A DNA stretch of 64,000 bases from assembly GCA_013265495.1 (NCBI GenBank), contig MU058065.1, positions 2,767,003 to 2,831,002 on the forward strand, read 5' to 3'. The notes under the pieces are model-generated. The model had not been told where the DNA came from. It made no database searches and was given only the letters and a program-made list of their open reading frames with translations. Within the stretch, counting starts at the first letter, position 1; the number at the start of each line of letters is the position of its first letter. Shown piece after piece: positions 37,126-48,535 of this stretch. The position numbers and the translations under genes were made by a program. This DNA is from Vicugna vicugna. Taxonomy: Eukaryota.

Positions 37126-38319
37126 GACTGGAATATAATTACCCCTGGGAATATGCAAAGACTTGAAAGGGAACGAACACATGACTATTTTAGAGGGAAT
37201 CAACGTCAAGATTATCACCATCCATATTTATTCTTTTCAAATTTGATCTTTCTGAGAAGGTGACTACAGTCAAGATTCTTCTCCATCCCTCCACCCCACC
37301 ATCATCATTTTCCCATATTGTAAAAGGAAGACATAGCTTTCACTCAGCTACAGTCTTGGTGTGTTGCCCAAAGGTTTAAAACACTTCAGAGAAGAAAGAA
37401 ATAAAGAAAGAAAGGACAATTAGACAAATCATTCAATCATGGATAATTTACTCAAACACCATACACATCTATCTTAAAAAGTACTTTCAATAAATATTTA
37501 CCTTTTTGCTTACTAATAATTTATTGAAATTAGTAATACATTGATATTTTATTGCATTGTATACTTATATAAACTTTAACACATAAATCCTTATCATCAC
37601 AGGATATAAAAAATTAAATAGATTTCATTATTGCAGAGAAAAATTAGCATTGTTAATATATGACATATGACATTAAGTAAAAAAGTATATTACATTAGGA
37701 TAAAATTTTGTGAAGGAAATAAAATAAAATTATGACTTCAAGGAGAAATAAGTGAGCCTAAATCATCAGCAAAATACAAATGTATGTGTGTATTTTCAAA
37801 ATGGATAATGGGTATTAAATCACCTTGATATTTACATTCCTTTGGATATATTAAAAAGAATGATGTAACACTTTTATCTTTAAAATCAATGTCTCCAATA
37901 TACTGGAAATTATATCCACTGCAACTATTTATACTTATGATGAAAAGTTATTAAATGCCTGCCTAAAAATGTTCAAAAGAGTACATACTTTTTCAAAGTT
38001 CTTTTAGGGAACACATGAGCAAAACTGACCATTGTCCTAGTTAATCGCATTTAATACTGAGCATAACAGTTCAAAAAGGAAAGAAAGAAACTAGAAGATG
38101 CTCAAGAAAGAATTACTGGATGGATAAAGAACTCAAAATCATCTCATAGGTGAATTCTCAAAAATGAATACTTATCTAGGTGGAGAAAAGAATTTATAAG
38201 CACATAACAGTGATCTTTAGCTTCCTGAAGATCTATGTTTATAGCCGACAGGGTAGGTCAATGACTGATGGGTGAAAAATATAGATATATCTGCTCCTAT
38301 TTTAATTTCCCTCAGGATA

Positions 38320-38425
38320 GAGGGCTTTTCGTTTACCACTATATGTACTGTCCTATGATTGCTGTGATACAATTCTTGACAAATAATAGGCACACGATAA
38401 ATATTTGTTAAATTAATGAGTGAAT
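38320..38425 (+). mobile_element. L2 3' terminus
   Basis: ttgacaaataataggcacacgataaatatttgttaaattaatgagtgaat. Confidence 0.65.
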
Positions 38426-39337
38426 ATAGTATAAGAAACAATTCCTTATCATTAAATCTTCTCCAAGATTAAATGGACTGCTACAGGAGTTCCCTTCAAG
38501 GGAGGTGTTCAACTTTAAGTTTAAAGGGGATTAACACATTAGAGTGCTGTTGGCTAAGATAGATTTTTAGGGTCACCACCAACTTTCCTCTTCTGGGATT
38601 CATGACATGATTTCTTTTATATTGGGATGAACTCTATATTAGGGCACTAAATCATTACCAGAAAAATAGAACTCCACTTTTTACAAACACATTAAAGAAA
38701 TAGAGATTGTTTTCTCTGTTCAACATTAACGAGAATAGTGTTTTTGTCAAATAAAAGTCACTTTAATATTGTTAGGGAATGTTGAGTTTGAAGTGGACAT
38801 CACTAATTTAATTGGGACAACTTCAATAACCAGAATAAATTAGAACCTTAACAAGAGTCAGGTGGCTGTGTTAATGTCTTTCTAATCATGTCTGTGACTC
38901 ACTAATTCAATAATTATGGCCAATACACTAAATTTTCTATAAGGGCTATCTTAACTGGATTCAATTAAGGAAGGCATGTGGATGCCTCTTGAAATAAGCA
39001 ACAGAAATTAAATAGAAAGAGGACTGTCAATGGCATTTATTTCCAGAGGACTTAGAAAATTTGTTTTCATTTTTATACTGAAAAATTCTCATAAACCTCT
39101 TTAGTAAGAAGTTGTTGTCTTCTCTAGTAAACAGCAGAGTGAGCTACATATCTAGATGATGTAATTCAAGGTGATAGAAGTCCACACAACAACCCTGGCC
39201 CTTTGAAACTTCAGTTGCCTTTACCCACCTTTGTGCATCCACTCTGGTTTCTTCCGATCTGTTTTAACCTTGACTTACTGGGTCTCTGGATTCCTATCCA
39301 GGGTGGAGAACCCGCATGTGGCAGAGATGCATATTTA

Positions 39338-39358
39338 TCTAACACCACGGACAGCTCC
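39338..39358 (+). promoter_or_regulatory. RE1/NRSE-like REST binding motif (candidate)
   Basis: tctaacaccacggacagctcc vs TTCAGCACCACGGACAGCGCC: 17/21, with 13 contiguous matches. Confidence 0.4.
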
Positions 39359-40542
39359 GCCTCCTTTTTCAAATTAAAAAAACAACAACAACAATAAAAT
39401 TCATCCTGCTTCTCCCTCTTCTAAAAAACTCCTGAAAAGTAAAGTTAGGTCTTCAATCAAGCCAAGGTGTAAACTCAAATTTCAAGAGTTCTTTCTCGTT
39501 AGTGAACTATTCTATACAAGAATTCTACAAGAATTCTATAAAAAGCTGTGGCAGCTGTAGACCACTTAGCTCAGGTAATCGTCTTTCCAGGTACCTCTCT
39601 GAAGACTCTGTCTTGAAAGTTGGTACTTCTCTACTCGCCAGAGCAATGCATGTCATAATCTCCATCACTCTAAACCATATTACTATTATTTTTTAAAGAA
39701 GAGATGTTATTAGACCTTGTCCCCTTTGTAAAAAGCAATGTGATGTGAATCTGAAAGTCTGGGTCCATGCCCTAGTTTTACTGCTGAAAGACTGTGTTTC
39801 TCTGACTTTCCTGAACTTTAGCTTTAGACAACTTTTATCATAAGAAGAGAGTAGCCATTATATACTGGCCACACAGGATATTACATCCCTGATACCTATA
39901 AAAATATGAATAATATAAGACAAAGCCACAGATAAGGACCAGCCAACTAATTTTATATTCTTGACCTCTCCTCTCCTTTTCCTTTTCTCTCTTTTCAGCA
40001 CAAGCCTGCCATTTAAAATTTCATATTTAAAATTGTCCTTTCATTTCTTTTCTCCACAGGGAATACTAGTGGTCTATAAACTAGTCAATTGTTCCTTCCC
40101 TGTAACAGAACAGAACTGCAGCATTTTTTTGTTGTTTGATCTCTTCAACCCAGTGACCTTAATTCTTCTGCCAAAATCGTCTGTTCTGAATATCTGCTTT
40201 TCCACCTGTCTTTAGCTCTTCTTAGCACATTATACACTTTTAAAAACTTTTCTGCAAGATAAGCAGAAAATGGAGCAGGGAACTCTCAGACCCAGGTCTC
40301 CATGGCCCCACATCCCAACTTCTGAGGGCACACGAGATGTTACTTTCCTCTTGAAGACTGTCTGATCCATCTGTTGCTCTCTAATTATTTCATGAACTTA
40401 CCTGGACCGAAGTCAAGTTGTTGGAATGATTGGTAGCTTTTCTATCATGATACTGATTTTATTCTCATTTCTATTCCTTCCCTGTCCCATCTCGCATGAT
40501 TCTTTCTTGAAAGAGAGCATGACGAAGGTGAAAGGACACAGA

Positions 40543-40672
40543 GAGTGAAGCCAGAACAGCAGTATTTGAATCCTATCTCCACTGCTCACCTGATAAGTGA
40601 CCTTGAACAAGCTATTTACCCTTCCCGAGCTATTTCCTCACCTATACAAGGATGATATTGACAGCTAACTTA
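40543..40672 (+). mobile_element. MIR SINE
   Basis: tttgaatcctatctccactgctcacctgataagtgaccttgaacaagctattta...tttcctcacctatac. Confidence 0.8.
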
Positions 40673-42213
40673 AACAAAGTAACAAGAGTAAAGACATCTT
40701 TATAAATGAGGTGAACCCTAAGTGACAGTTGGCTTTGTACCAAGTGTGAGTCTGAGTGTTCTCTAGTCAAGCGGACTGTTAGTGAAAAATATGCTGTCTA
40801 GTAAAGAGATATCACCTACATTATGGAAGCTATATGGTTGTAATGTCTCCAAATGCTCTCTTTATAAGCAGCATCTCACGGATAAAACATGAATCAACAG
40901 TACACAGCAATACAATAAGACTAGAGAGTAAATCTAGAAAAATATTTGATACTGTATTACATAGTTTTCATTAATTATGTCCTTAAAAAGGAAAAAATAT
41001 TTCAAAAGAAAGTAATTTGAAATTCACAGTAAACAATGTCAATGATTTACCCATAGTTTAAAAAGATATTTATCTTCAGAATTTTTTCTTTTTTGTTAGC
41101 ACTTATAAAAATAAATTACCACAAAAGATATTTTAAATATTTAACTACTCAACTATTCTAAGTTAATTGCTAGTGTCATCCTTTGAGAAACAAAACAGGA
41201 TGTGTATAATCAGACTACAATGCTATTAGTAATTAAATTTCTCCTTTTTTTGGAGACTAATCAACACTAATAGAATAAAATGGCCATTTACATTGTGTTC
41301 CATTTATCAATAATATACCTTTGTGCATTTTTTTTACAATCAGTATTTTGAGATTTCTGAACATGAGGTATTTATTATACACAACTCCCAAGAACATATA
41401 CAACACATTTCTATGGAATGGGGTTTTTGAAAATTTGTTCCTATTCAGTAAACCAGTTTTCACCACTTAGTGTTACTTGATTACAGCTTGATGTTCTCCT
41501 ACATCTCATACACACTTTACAAATAATTAGAATAACAGTATGTAAATGTCACATGCAATTGTGGCTGAGGGCAAAAGCAGTAACATATTTGCCACAAGTA
41601 AGAGGATATGTGTAAGTGTGATTTGAGGAGGAATAATGCAGAAGGCAAATAAATAGATGGAGAAAGGAAGCATCTCCAATGAAGGGAGACACAGTGTTGA
41701 ATTTGGATGTCTGTATATACCTAATTCCAGCTGTCTAGGTCAAAGTTATACATCCTTAGAAAGATGCTTAATATTAATTTAGAGTAGCTTAATGAGAGAA
41801 GAATGAATTCATTCCTTCATAGTGGTATTTAACACACGACCAACACACCCACAACCCTTCAGCAATATTATTCAGCCCTTACAATATAATATTGTGGTAA
41901 GTTACAAAAGCATTACAACCTGCAGTTGAATAAATGTACAAAGTAAGAAGATACTTCATCAACATTCTGGAATGATAAAAACTTGAACAATAGAGCAGGG
42001 AAATTTACCCATTATATCATGCATACTGCGTTTCCTCCAAGATAGGTATTTTGGAAATACACAACTCAATATTTTTTAGGTATAAGGAAAAATGTTAGGA
42101 AATATTCTGTTCTCCTATTTTTAGTTTAGTTATGGACACTCAGGGAAGTATTTAATAATCTTTACCTGAGAGTGCTTAGAAAACTTTACTTAAAAAATTA
42201 AGAAAGTTCAATT

Positions 42214-42508
42214 AAAAATGAGGCTGTTCAATGGACAGAGAATACAGACTTGTGGTTACCAGAGGGGTAGAGGGTGGGAAGGGATAGACTGGGATTTCAA
42301 AATTGTAGAATAGATAAACAAGATTACACTGTATAGCACAGGGAAATATACACAAAATGTTATGATAAATCACAGAGAAAAAAATGTGACAATGAGTGTG
42401 TATATGTCCATGAATGACTGAAAAATTGTGCTGAACACTGGAATCTGACACAACATTGTAAAATGATTATAAATCAATAAAAAATGTTAAAAAAATGAGG
42501 CAGTGCAA
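42214..42508 (+). mobile_element. Young camelid-type L1 3' end, 5'-truncated, 18-bp TSD
   Basis: L1 body 42231-42490; TSD aaaaatgaggctgttcaa / aaaaatgaggcagtgcaa; canonical TT|AAAA site. Confidence 0.95.
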
Positions 42509-43089
42509 GAAAAAGTTTAAAGGATGATATAGATAGATTGATATATGATGGACAGATATTCTCAACTGGAAAAAAAAGTAGAGGAAATTGGTTCCAAGAA
42601 TTCCATCGGCTCCCTTGTGAATGAAATGAGCCTTTTCAGTCATTGAATGAATAGATGTAATGATCTGCTTAGAGAAAAATGACACAGTATATCCACCACC
42701 ACCTACTACGAGTCTCCCACAAAAATCTAGTGGGATTCCTTCAGCTCTGTTGCAGTAGTCTCACTAAGTAAAGACCAATATAGTCCTTTCTCTGAAATAT
42801 ACACAGCTTTAAAGATAGTAAGAATATCTCTACATCCCCAAAGTTGTCCTCAGCTCTCACTTTGTCTCAGCTAATATACACAATTTCAGAATCATTTTTA
42901 TGCTAATGTTTTCCTATAAGCATCTTAAACCAGTTTTAAAATATGTGAATTATTCAACCTGATATTTGAATTTTTCTTATTATAAAAATAACACAGAATT
43001 TAGAAATTAGGGAATGGTACAAAGAATAAACTAAAAATCATCCATAATCTTAGCATATACTATTAACAATTGATGGGTTTAAAATTATC

Positions 43090-43225
43090 TTTTTTTTTTC
43101 TTTTTTTTTTTTTAAGATTCCACATATGAGCGATCTCATATGGTATTTTTCTTTCTCTTCTGGCTTACTTCACTTAGAATGACATTCTCCAGGCATTGTA
43201 AAATGACTACAACTCAATAAAAAAA
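43090..43225. mobile_element. Short inverted/deleted camelid-type L1
   Basis: 43090-43193 is antisense 3'UTR overlapping the sequence at 30103-30154; 43194-43225 is the sense 3' tip cattgtaaaatgactacaactcaataaaa. Confidence 0.85.
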
Positions 43226-43428
43226 TTTTTTAATTTTATTTTCTACCACCTTGGAAGGCAGCCATAATATAATGCAAAAAGCTTGATTTAGACTTTAATT
43301 TTTTCTCAGTTCTTAATACAATAGGATATTTTAATAAGTTAACAAATGAATGAATCTAATCTACATGTATAAGCAGAAATATATCAAAAAATATTTGTTG
43401 GCAGGGGAAAGCAAGTTCAAAAAGTCTA

Positions 43429-43825
43429 TTCACTTAGAATGACAATCTCCAGATCCATCTATGTTGCTGCAAATGGCATTATTTTATTATTTTTTATGTC
43501 TGAGTAGTATTCCATTGTATAAATATACCACAACTTCTTTTTTCTTATCAGTTTTATTTATTTATTTTTCTAATTATCAGCTTTGATGTCATTTTCTTTC
43601 TTTCTTTCTTTTTTTTTTTTTGGAAGGGATAGACTGGGAGTTCAAAATTTGTAGATATTGACAGACATATGTAGAATAGATAAGCAAGATTATACTGCAT
43701 AGCACAGGGAAATATATACAAGATCTTGTGGTAGCTCACAGCAAAAAAATGTGACAATGAATATATGTATAGCACACCTTCTTTAACTGACTATACTTCA
43801 ATAAAAACATATATAAATATGTACA
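43429..43825. mobile_element. Multiply rearranged lineage-specific L1 insertion
   Basis: Antisense L1 (43429-43541), T-rich linker, sense L1 (43622-43770), 14-bp insert, then the L1 terminus aactgactatacttcaataaaa. Confidence 0.8.
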
Positions 43826-44028
43826 TATTCAGTATAATACCATTTCTGTAAAATTTTCAAATAGGATATTACTCAGTATCTTTACATGTTATCTGTGGGT
43901 ACCTAATAGGTTTAAACAAAACGACAACCACATAGGAAACATACTTCAAGATAATGAGGACCACTGAGGAGGAGGAGGTGAGAATGGAGGATTGGGGCTA
44001 GAACTGTATTAGAAATATTTCATTTCTT

Positions 44029-44210
44029 TAAAAAGTGATATATGCAAGTGTTGGAAATACTCATTATCTTGATAGTGGTAAAGGTTTCACTGGTGTCTAT
44101 GTATGCCAAAACTTAACAAATGATACGTCTTAAATATGTACAGTTATATGTAGTGTATGTCAATTATAACTCAATAAAGCTGCTGAAAAACAAAAGTAAA
44201 AAGTGATATA
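44029..44210 (+). mobile_element. L1MC/L1MD-type 3' tip with perfect 14-bp TSD
   Basis: ggtttcactggtgtctatgtatgccaaaactt...tgtcaattataactcaataaagctg; taaaaagtgatata at 44029-44042 and 44197-44210. Confidence 0.85.
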
Positions 44211-44779
44211 AAGAAAGCATGGCAAAAGATAATATAGTAGATCTGAACTGTGGTGCATGGTTGCCTGTGATGTATTTTCAGTACTTCTTGGTATACTTTA
44301 AATATTTCATAAATAAATAGAAAAAATGATATTTTGTCTAGAAAGCAGAAATAAATATAAAATAAAACGTTCTTCATCATTTTTAATCTAAAATACATAC
44401 CACTTTACAAAATGTTGAATTTGTACATGACGGCACACGAAACGGTTTCTAAAGTGAAAAGCAAGAGACAACTTCAGGGGAGCCTGAAGAAATGCAGTGT
44501 TTGTGGTTCTCTGCCAATGTTCTTAGGAAGCCTTCTGAGGACCTATCTTACTCTTACTCTTGCCCCTTTTTACCAAGGAAGGGTGGCATGTTTTATGTTT
44601 CCACATTAAATATTTAACTTGGAAATTTCCCTTGAGAGTCAATAAAACTTGTCATCCAGACTCAGTGGCACGTTGTCTTTGTTTAGCTGTCTTATCTCAG
44701 CCCACCTCAATATCCTTTCCTTGATATCTTTTCCCCATCTGATCTTCTATGTGAATCCCCACCAGAGAAATCCCCCTGC

Positions 44780-44930
44780 AGGTTCCTATCTCCCATCCAT
44801 GAAATTGGATATTAGGAGTAACTACCACTAGGATTGATGTGTGATTAAATAAACGAAGACATGTGAAGCGCTGAGAGCAGTGCCCAGGACATAGTAACTA
44901 CACAATAAATGCTATTTGTATAGTACTGTT
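44780..44930 (+). mobile_element. MIR SINE 3' half
   Basis: taggattgatgtgtgattaaat...atgtgaagcgctgagagcagtgcccaggacatagtaa...caataaatgcta. Confidence 0.8.
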
Positions 44931-45543
44931 TTCTTTAAAATAGCATTATGTATAAAATACATATATATATATATATATAATATTATTATTTCGTTTAATT
45001 AAGTATTGCAGGTATCGCACACCCCTTCCTCACTCTGAAGAAACATTCAGAAGTTGTTCATGGTCTTCAAGTCCAACCTTCTAATTTCTCCATCCAAAAT
45101 TCTATTAAAGCTCCATCACTACTTTAATGATTTTTACCACTTTTTTGAGAAAAATTACTGTATCAAGTCTATATTATCTTCATTCTGAGAAGCTGTGCAT
45201 TTTTCTAGTTTTTCTCCTATAACTTTTCTGAGACTTCTGTAGGCATTCTCAGGCCACCACAGGCCTTAAAATCACTGTATTCCCTACTCTAAAAATCTAC
45301 CTGCTTCTACTATCTGAACTACTCATGTTGATCCTTGGAAGGTATGCATAAGAGAGAAGCAAAATAAGGTGGTATAACATGCTTTCCCAATTAGAATGTG
45401 AATTCCTTAAAAGAAAACACTGCCCTGCGTTTTATGGAGACTTGGTAAATGATGGCTGAAAATCCCGGTGGAGAAATAATTGTTTGAAAAGTTAGGATGA
45501 TTTCACTCAAACTAGTTTAGGTTACATTTTGAATCACTACTTA

Positions 45544-45706
45544 GCTCATCATTTCCAATCCTGTTTCATTCCTCATTTCAAGATCAAGCTTCCGAATTTT
45601 TCTCCAAGGCTGCCTAGTGGTCTGGAGTGAAACCAGCCGATCTCACGGGCCTGGGTGAAGCCAGGTGGCTTAGTCATTCCCAAGACAACATGTGAATGGT
45701 ACGCTG
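45544..45706 (+). repeat. Diverged direct repeat, copy 1 (~160 bp)
   Basis: Aligns to 46210-46369; the gapless 71-bp core 45602-45672 matches at 58/71. Confidence 0.9.
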
Positions 45707-45999
45707 ACAGCTTATAGTCCAACAGAACGGGTTTCTGTGATTTCTTGCTCTTACAAATGTAGTTGACTTCTGTCTGAAAATGAAAGCACACACAGACACT
45801 GCAGTAGGGGCTAGACCTGGCAAAGGCAGAAAGCAGTAAGCAGTAGATATGTGTCTCACATCCCTTTCTCCACCTCTACTCGTGTCCCCCATGACTTTGT
45901 AATGCCCCCAGATGTCTCTGGGCACCCACAGTACCTTCTCCATGCTATAACTTTCAGGTCTGTCTTTTGTTTCCTATAGGATGAATATAAATGTGCATT

Positions 46000-46160
46000 A
46001 TTATTATTACTATTATTATTATCCCTACTTCACAGATGAGGAAACTGATAAGTTAGATAAATTAAGTAACTTGTCCAGGGACTGACCATTAGTACATCAT
46101 AGAGCCAGGGTTCAAAGCCAGGACTGTTTCATTCCAGAGCTCACTGAGCAACTGCCTCTT
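46000..46160 (-). mobile_element. MIR SINE
   Basis: tattatccctacttcacagatgaggaaactga...ttaagtaacttgtccaggg...gagccagggttcaaagccagg. Confidence 0.9.
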
Positions 46161-46209
46161 CTTGCAGCTCCCTGCGAGTTTTCCTAGGGGAATGGTGGGT
46201 CCTGCAAAT

Positions 46210-46369
46210 GCTCATCATTTTTAATCTTCTGCTTTCTCATTTCAAGATCAAAGCTCTGATTTTTTTCTCTAAGACTGCCTAGTGGTCTGGAGTGAAATCA
46301 GCCAGTCTTACTGGTCTGGGTGGAACCAAGCTGCTTACACTCCCAAGGAAATATGTGAAAGGGAAGCTG
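46210..46369 (+). repeat. Diverged direct repeat, copy 2 (~160 bp)
   Basis: Aligns to 45544-45706; perfect 11-, 16- and 23-bp blocks shared. Confidence 0.9.
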
Positions 46370-46959
46370 GGAGATGGAATGTACTTGAACACGTTTGGGT
46401 TCAGTCTTCACCTCTACAAACTGTTTCAGCTTTTCAAGTCCCAGAACCTTCACAGCAGGCAGAGAGACATGTAGATACCCGAAATATTAAAAACGATAAC
46501 CAAGTCAAACTATTTCCTCTACACAGCAATTCTAAATTCAGTCTTAGAAAATTATCTTGTTTCAACATTGTTCTAAAAAATTCGGTTATCACAGTTAGTG
46601 GAAATTATTTTTTTAAAGCAATGTGCCAAATTATTTGGGCTTAGATATTTCACTGCTATGCATATAGCAGAAACCCTGAGTTCCTGACAGCTAGCAGAGA
46701 AGGAGAGGAAGACAAAGTCGTCATATCCTAATACCTCGGAGGGCTGTGAGGCGAGCTGCTGGGATTAGGGTCACAAGCCTGGAAAGGCTTTGGATTCTCT
46801 ATTGCCTCCTGGCTGTTTACATGCAATTAAACTGCTGTGCTTCCAAAAAGGGGTCCATTTTGCCAAATCCTCTTGGACTCTCAGCAGAAGGGATATAGAG
46901 AAGAGTGTACTTTTTATTTCAACTATACTTTAAAAATACAAATGCTGAACCTAAGACTA

Positions 46960-47060
46960 AATATTTAACAGTGACACTGAGGATGCTTATCTGACTGATC
47001 AGTTTCCTCGTCTATAAAGTAGGGATAATAATGATGCACATTTATATTCATCCCATAGGA
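46960..47060 (+). mobile_element. MIR core fragment
   Basis: tcagtttcctcgtctataaagtagggataataat. Confidence 0.7.
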
Positions 47061-47143
47061 AACAAAAGACAGACCTGAAAGTTATAGCATTGAGGAGATT
47101 CTGTGGGTGCCTTGAGACTAAGGCAATACTTAGTGATCTAGGT

Positions 47144-47295
47144 CCATGGTTCTCAAAACCACAATAAAAGCCACACACACACACACAACACACAAAAATT
47201 CAAATGTACAATAAAATAATCTGGGAGCTTTATGAAAATATCAGTGCCTGGGACCCACATCCACACTATCTCTGATCTAGATAGTATAGGAAAAG
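47144..47295. mobile_element. MER5-like hAT-Charlie MITE with a (CA)n insert
   Basis: ccatggttctcaaa...aataatctgggagcttt...aaatatcagtgcctgggacccacatcc. Confidence 0.7.
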
Positions 47296-47734
47296 TAAAT
47301 TAAAACCTGAGCTTACTTACAGTAACTTTACTCCCAATCTCATCAGTTAAAAATCATAGCTTAAAAGACTCCTGCTTTTTACTTGATTAATGTAGAATTA
47401 GCCACACTCAGAATTTCTTGATCTGGAAGAGTAATGTCTGCAGAGTATTCTAGTATTTCCAGCCATTCTGGCAACACAAGCATTGTCCTGTGGCCTCTCT
47501 GACAAGCATCTTCTTAGCTACTAGGGTTTTATCCATTAATCATGCCTGACCTAGAGGAAAGATGGGTGTGCTAGGAGAACAAAGGTATGGCTTCTCTATA
47601 AGCTCTGAGAGTGAAGGAGTTTTTGTGTTGGGGGAAGTAAAAAAAACAGTTTATACTTACACACTCTGGACATGCCACAAGTCTGAAACAATAAGATGCT
47701 CTTTTCCCAATTATTAGGAAACCAAAAAACACAC

Positions 47735-47960
47735 CAAATGTTTACCTTGTACCATGCAATGGCATATATCTAAAATCTCAAATAATCATCAGAAGAGTTA
47801 TTTGAGGTACATATTTTTAATTCCCACTTTATGAATGAGAAAAAAGAAAATCAGAGAATTTAGCACTCCTTCAAGGTTCCATACTTAGAGATTGGTAGAG
47901 TCAGAAAGCAAAAAGAGTACTGTTGATTTAGCTGTTTCTTCTTTTGCTACAACACTGTGT
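47735..47960 (-). mobile_element. MIR SINE
   Basis: ttcccactttatgaatgagaaaa...tcagagaatttagcactccttcaaggt...ggtagagtcag. Confidence 0.65.
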
Positions 47961-48097
47961 TTTCGCCACCCTCCAAAAAAAAGTTTTTCCCCTTAATTGT
48001 ACCCTTGGAAGCCCAGGCTCACATCTAGGATTGATTTTATGCTTGGTATTTTCTGGATCCATCCACTCATTACAAAAGTCAGAAAGCAGTTACCATC

Positions 48098-48518
48098 TGT
48101 GATGCCGTGGATGTATGAAGCTCAGACATTTCAAGAAACCTTACCGTGGGGAGGAAGTGTTGTTGACTGAGCCCAGCTGCCACCTAACTGCGTCCACCAC
48201 TGGCTTTGCACCAAGGCCAGGCTTGCCCCTAGCTGTGTCCAGCCAATGACTGAGGGTGATAGGATAGTAGTGCCTGAAGTGGGGACTCTTCCGATGGGAA
48301 GTGTTTGCTCAAGGACTACATGTCAGTGGGACCAAAACCTCCTCAGACCCGTGCTGCGGTCTGGAGCTCCTCCTGCCTGATCTTCCCTTTCACAGAACTT
48401 CACCAAGACGCCTACTTCTGCTCCTGCAGCCTATATCCCATTGAGGCACTTCTCCTAACAAATCACTTGGCATTTAATCCCATTATAGAAGCTGCTTCTC
48501 AAAGGACCTGAACAAACA
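48098..48518 (+). mobile_element. LTR16-like ERVL solo LTR
   Basis: TG...CA ends; gcaccaaggcca...cagccaatgactgag, tttgctcaaggact, terminal gctgcttctcaaaggacctgaacaaaca. Confidence 0.8.
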
Positions 48519-48535
48519 GTTCTCTCAATATCGGT

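Larger units (their letters stand above)
43345..44325 (+). mobile_element. Old L1ME/L1MC-type 3'UTR hosting two later L1 insertions
   Basis: gaaagcaagttcaaaaag...tattcagtataataccattt continuity across the insert; ends tactttaaatatttcataaataaa. Confidence 0.65.

Noticed and set aside
39514..39537. Short tandem duplications (tacaagaattc x2 here; similar ones at ~20761, ~24614, ~28836)
   Set aside because: Two-copy 9-19 bp slippage events, common in neutral DNA; no spacer-repeat array.
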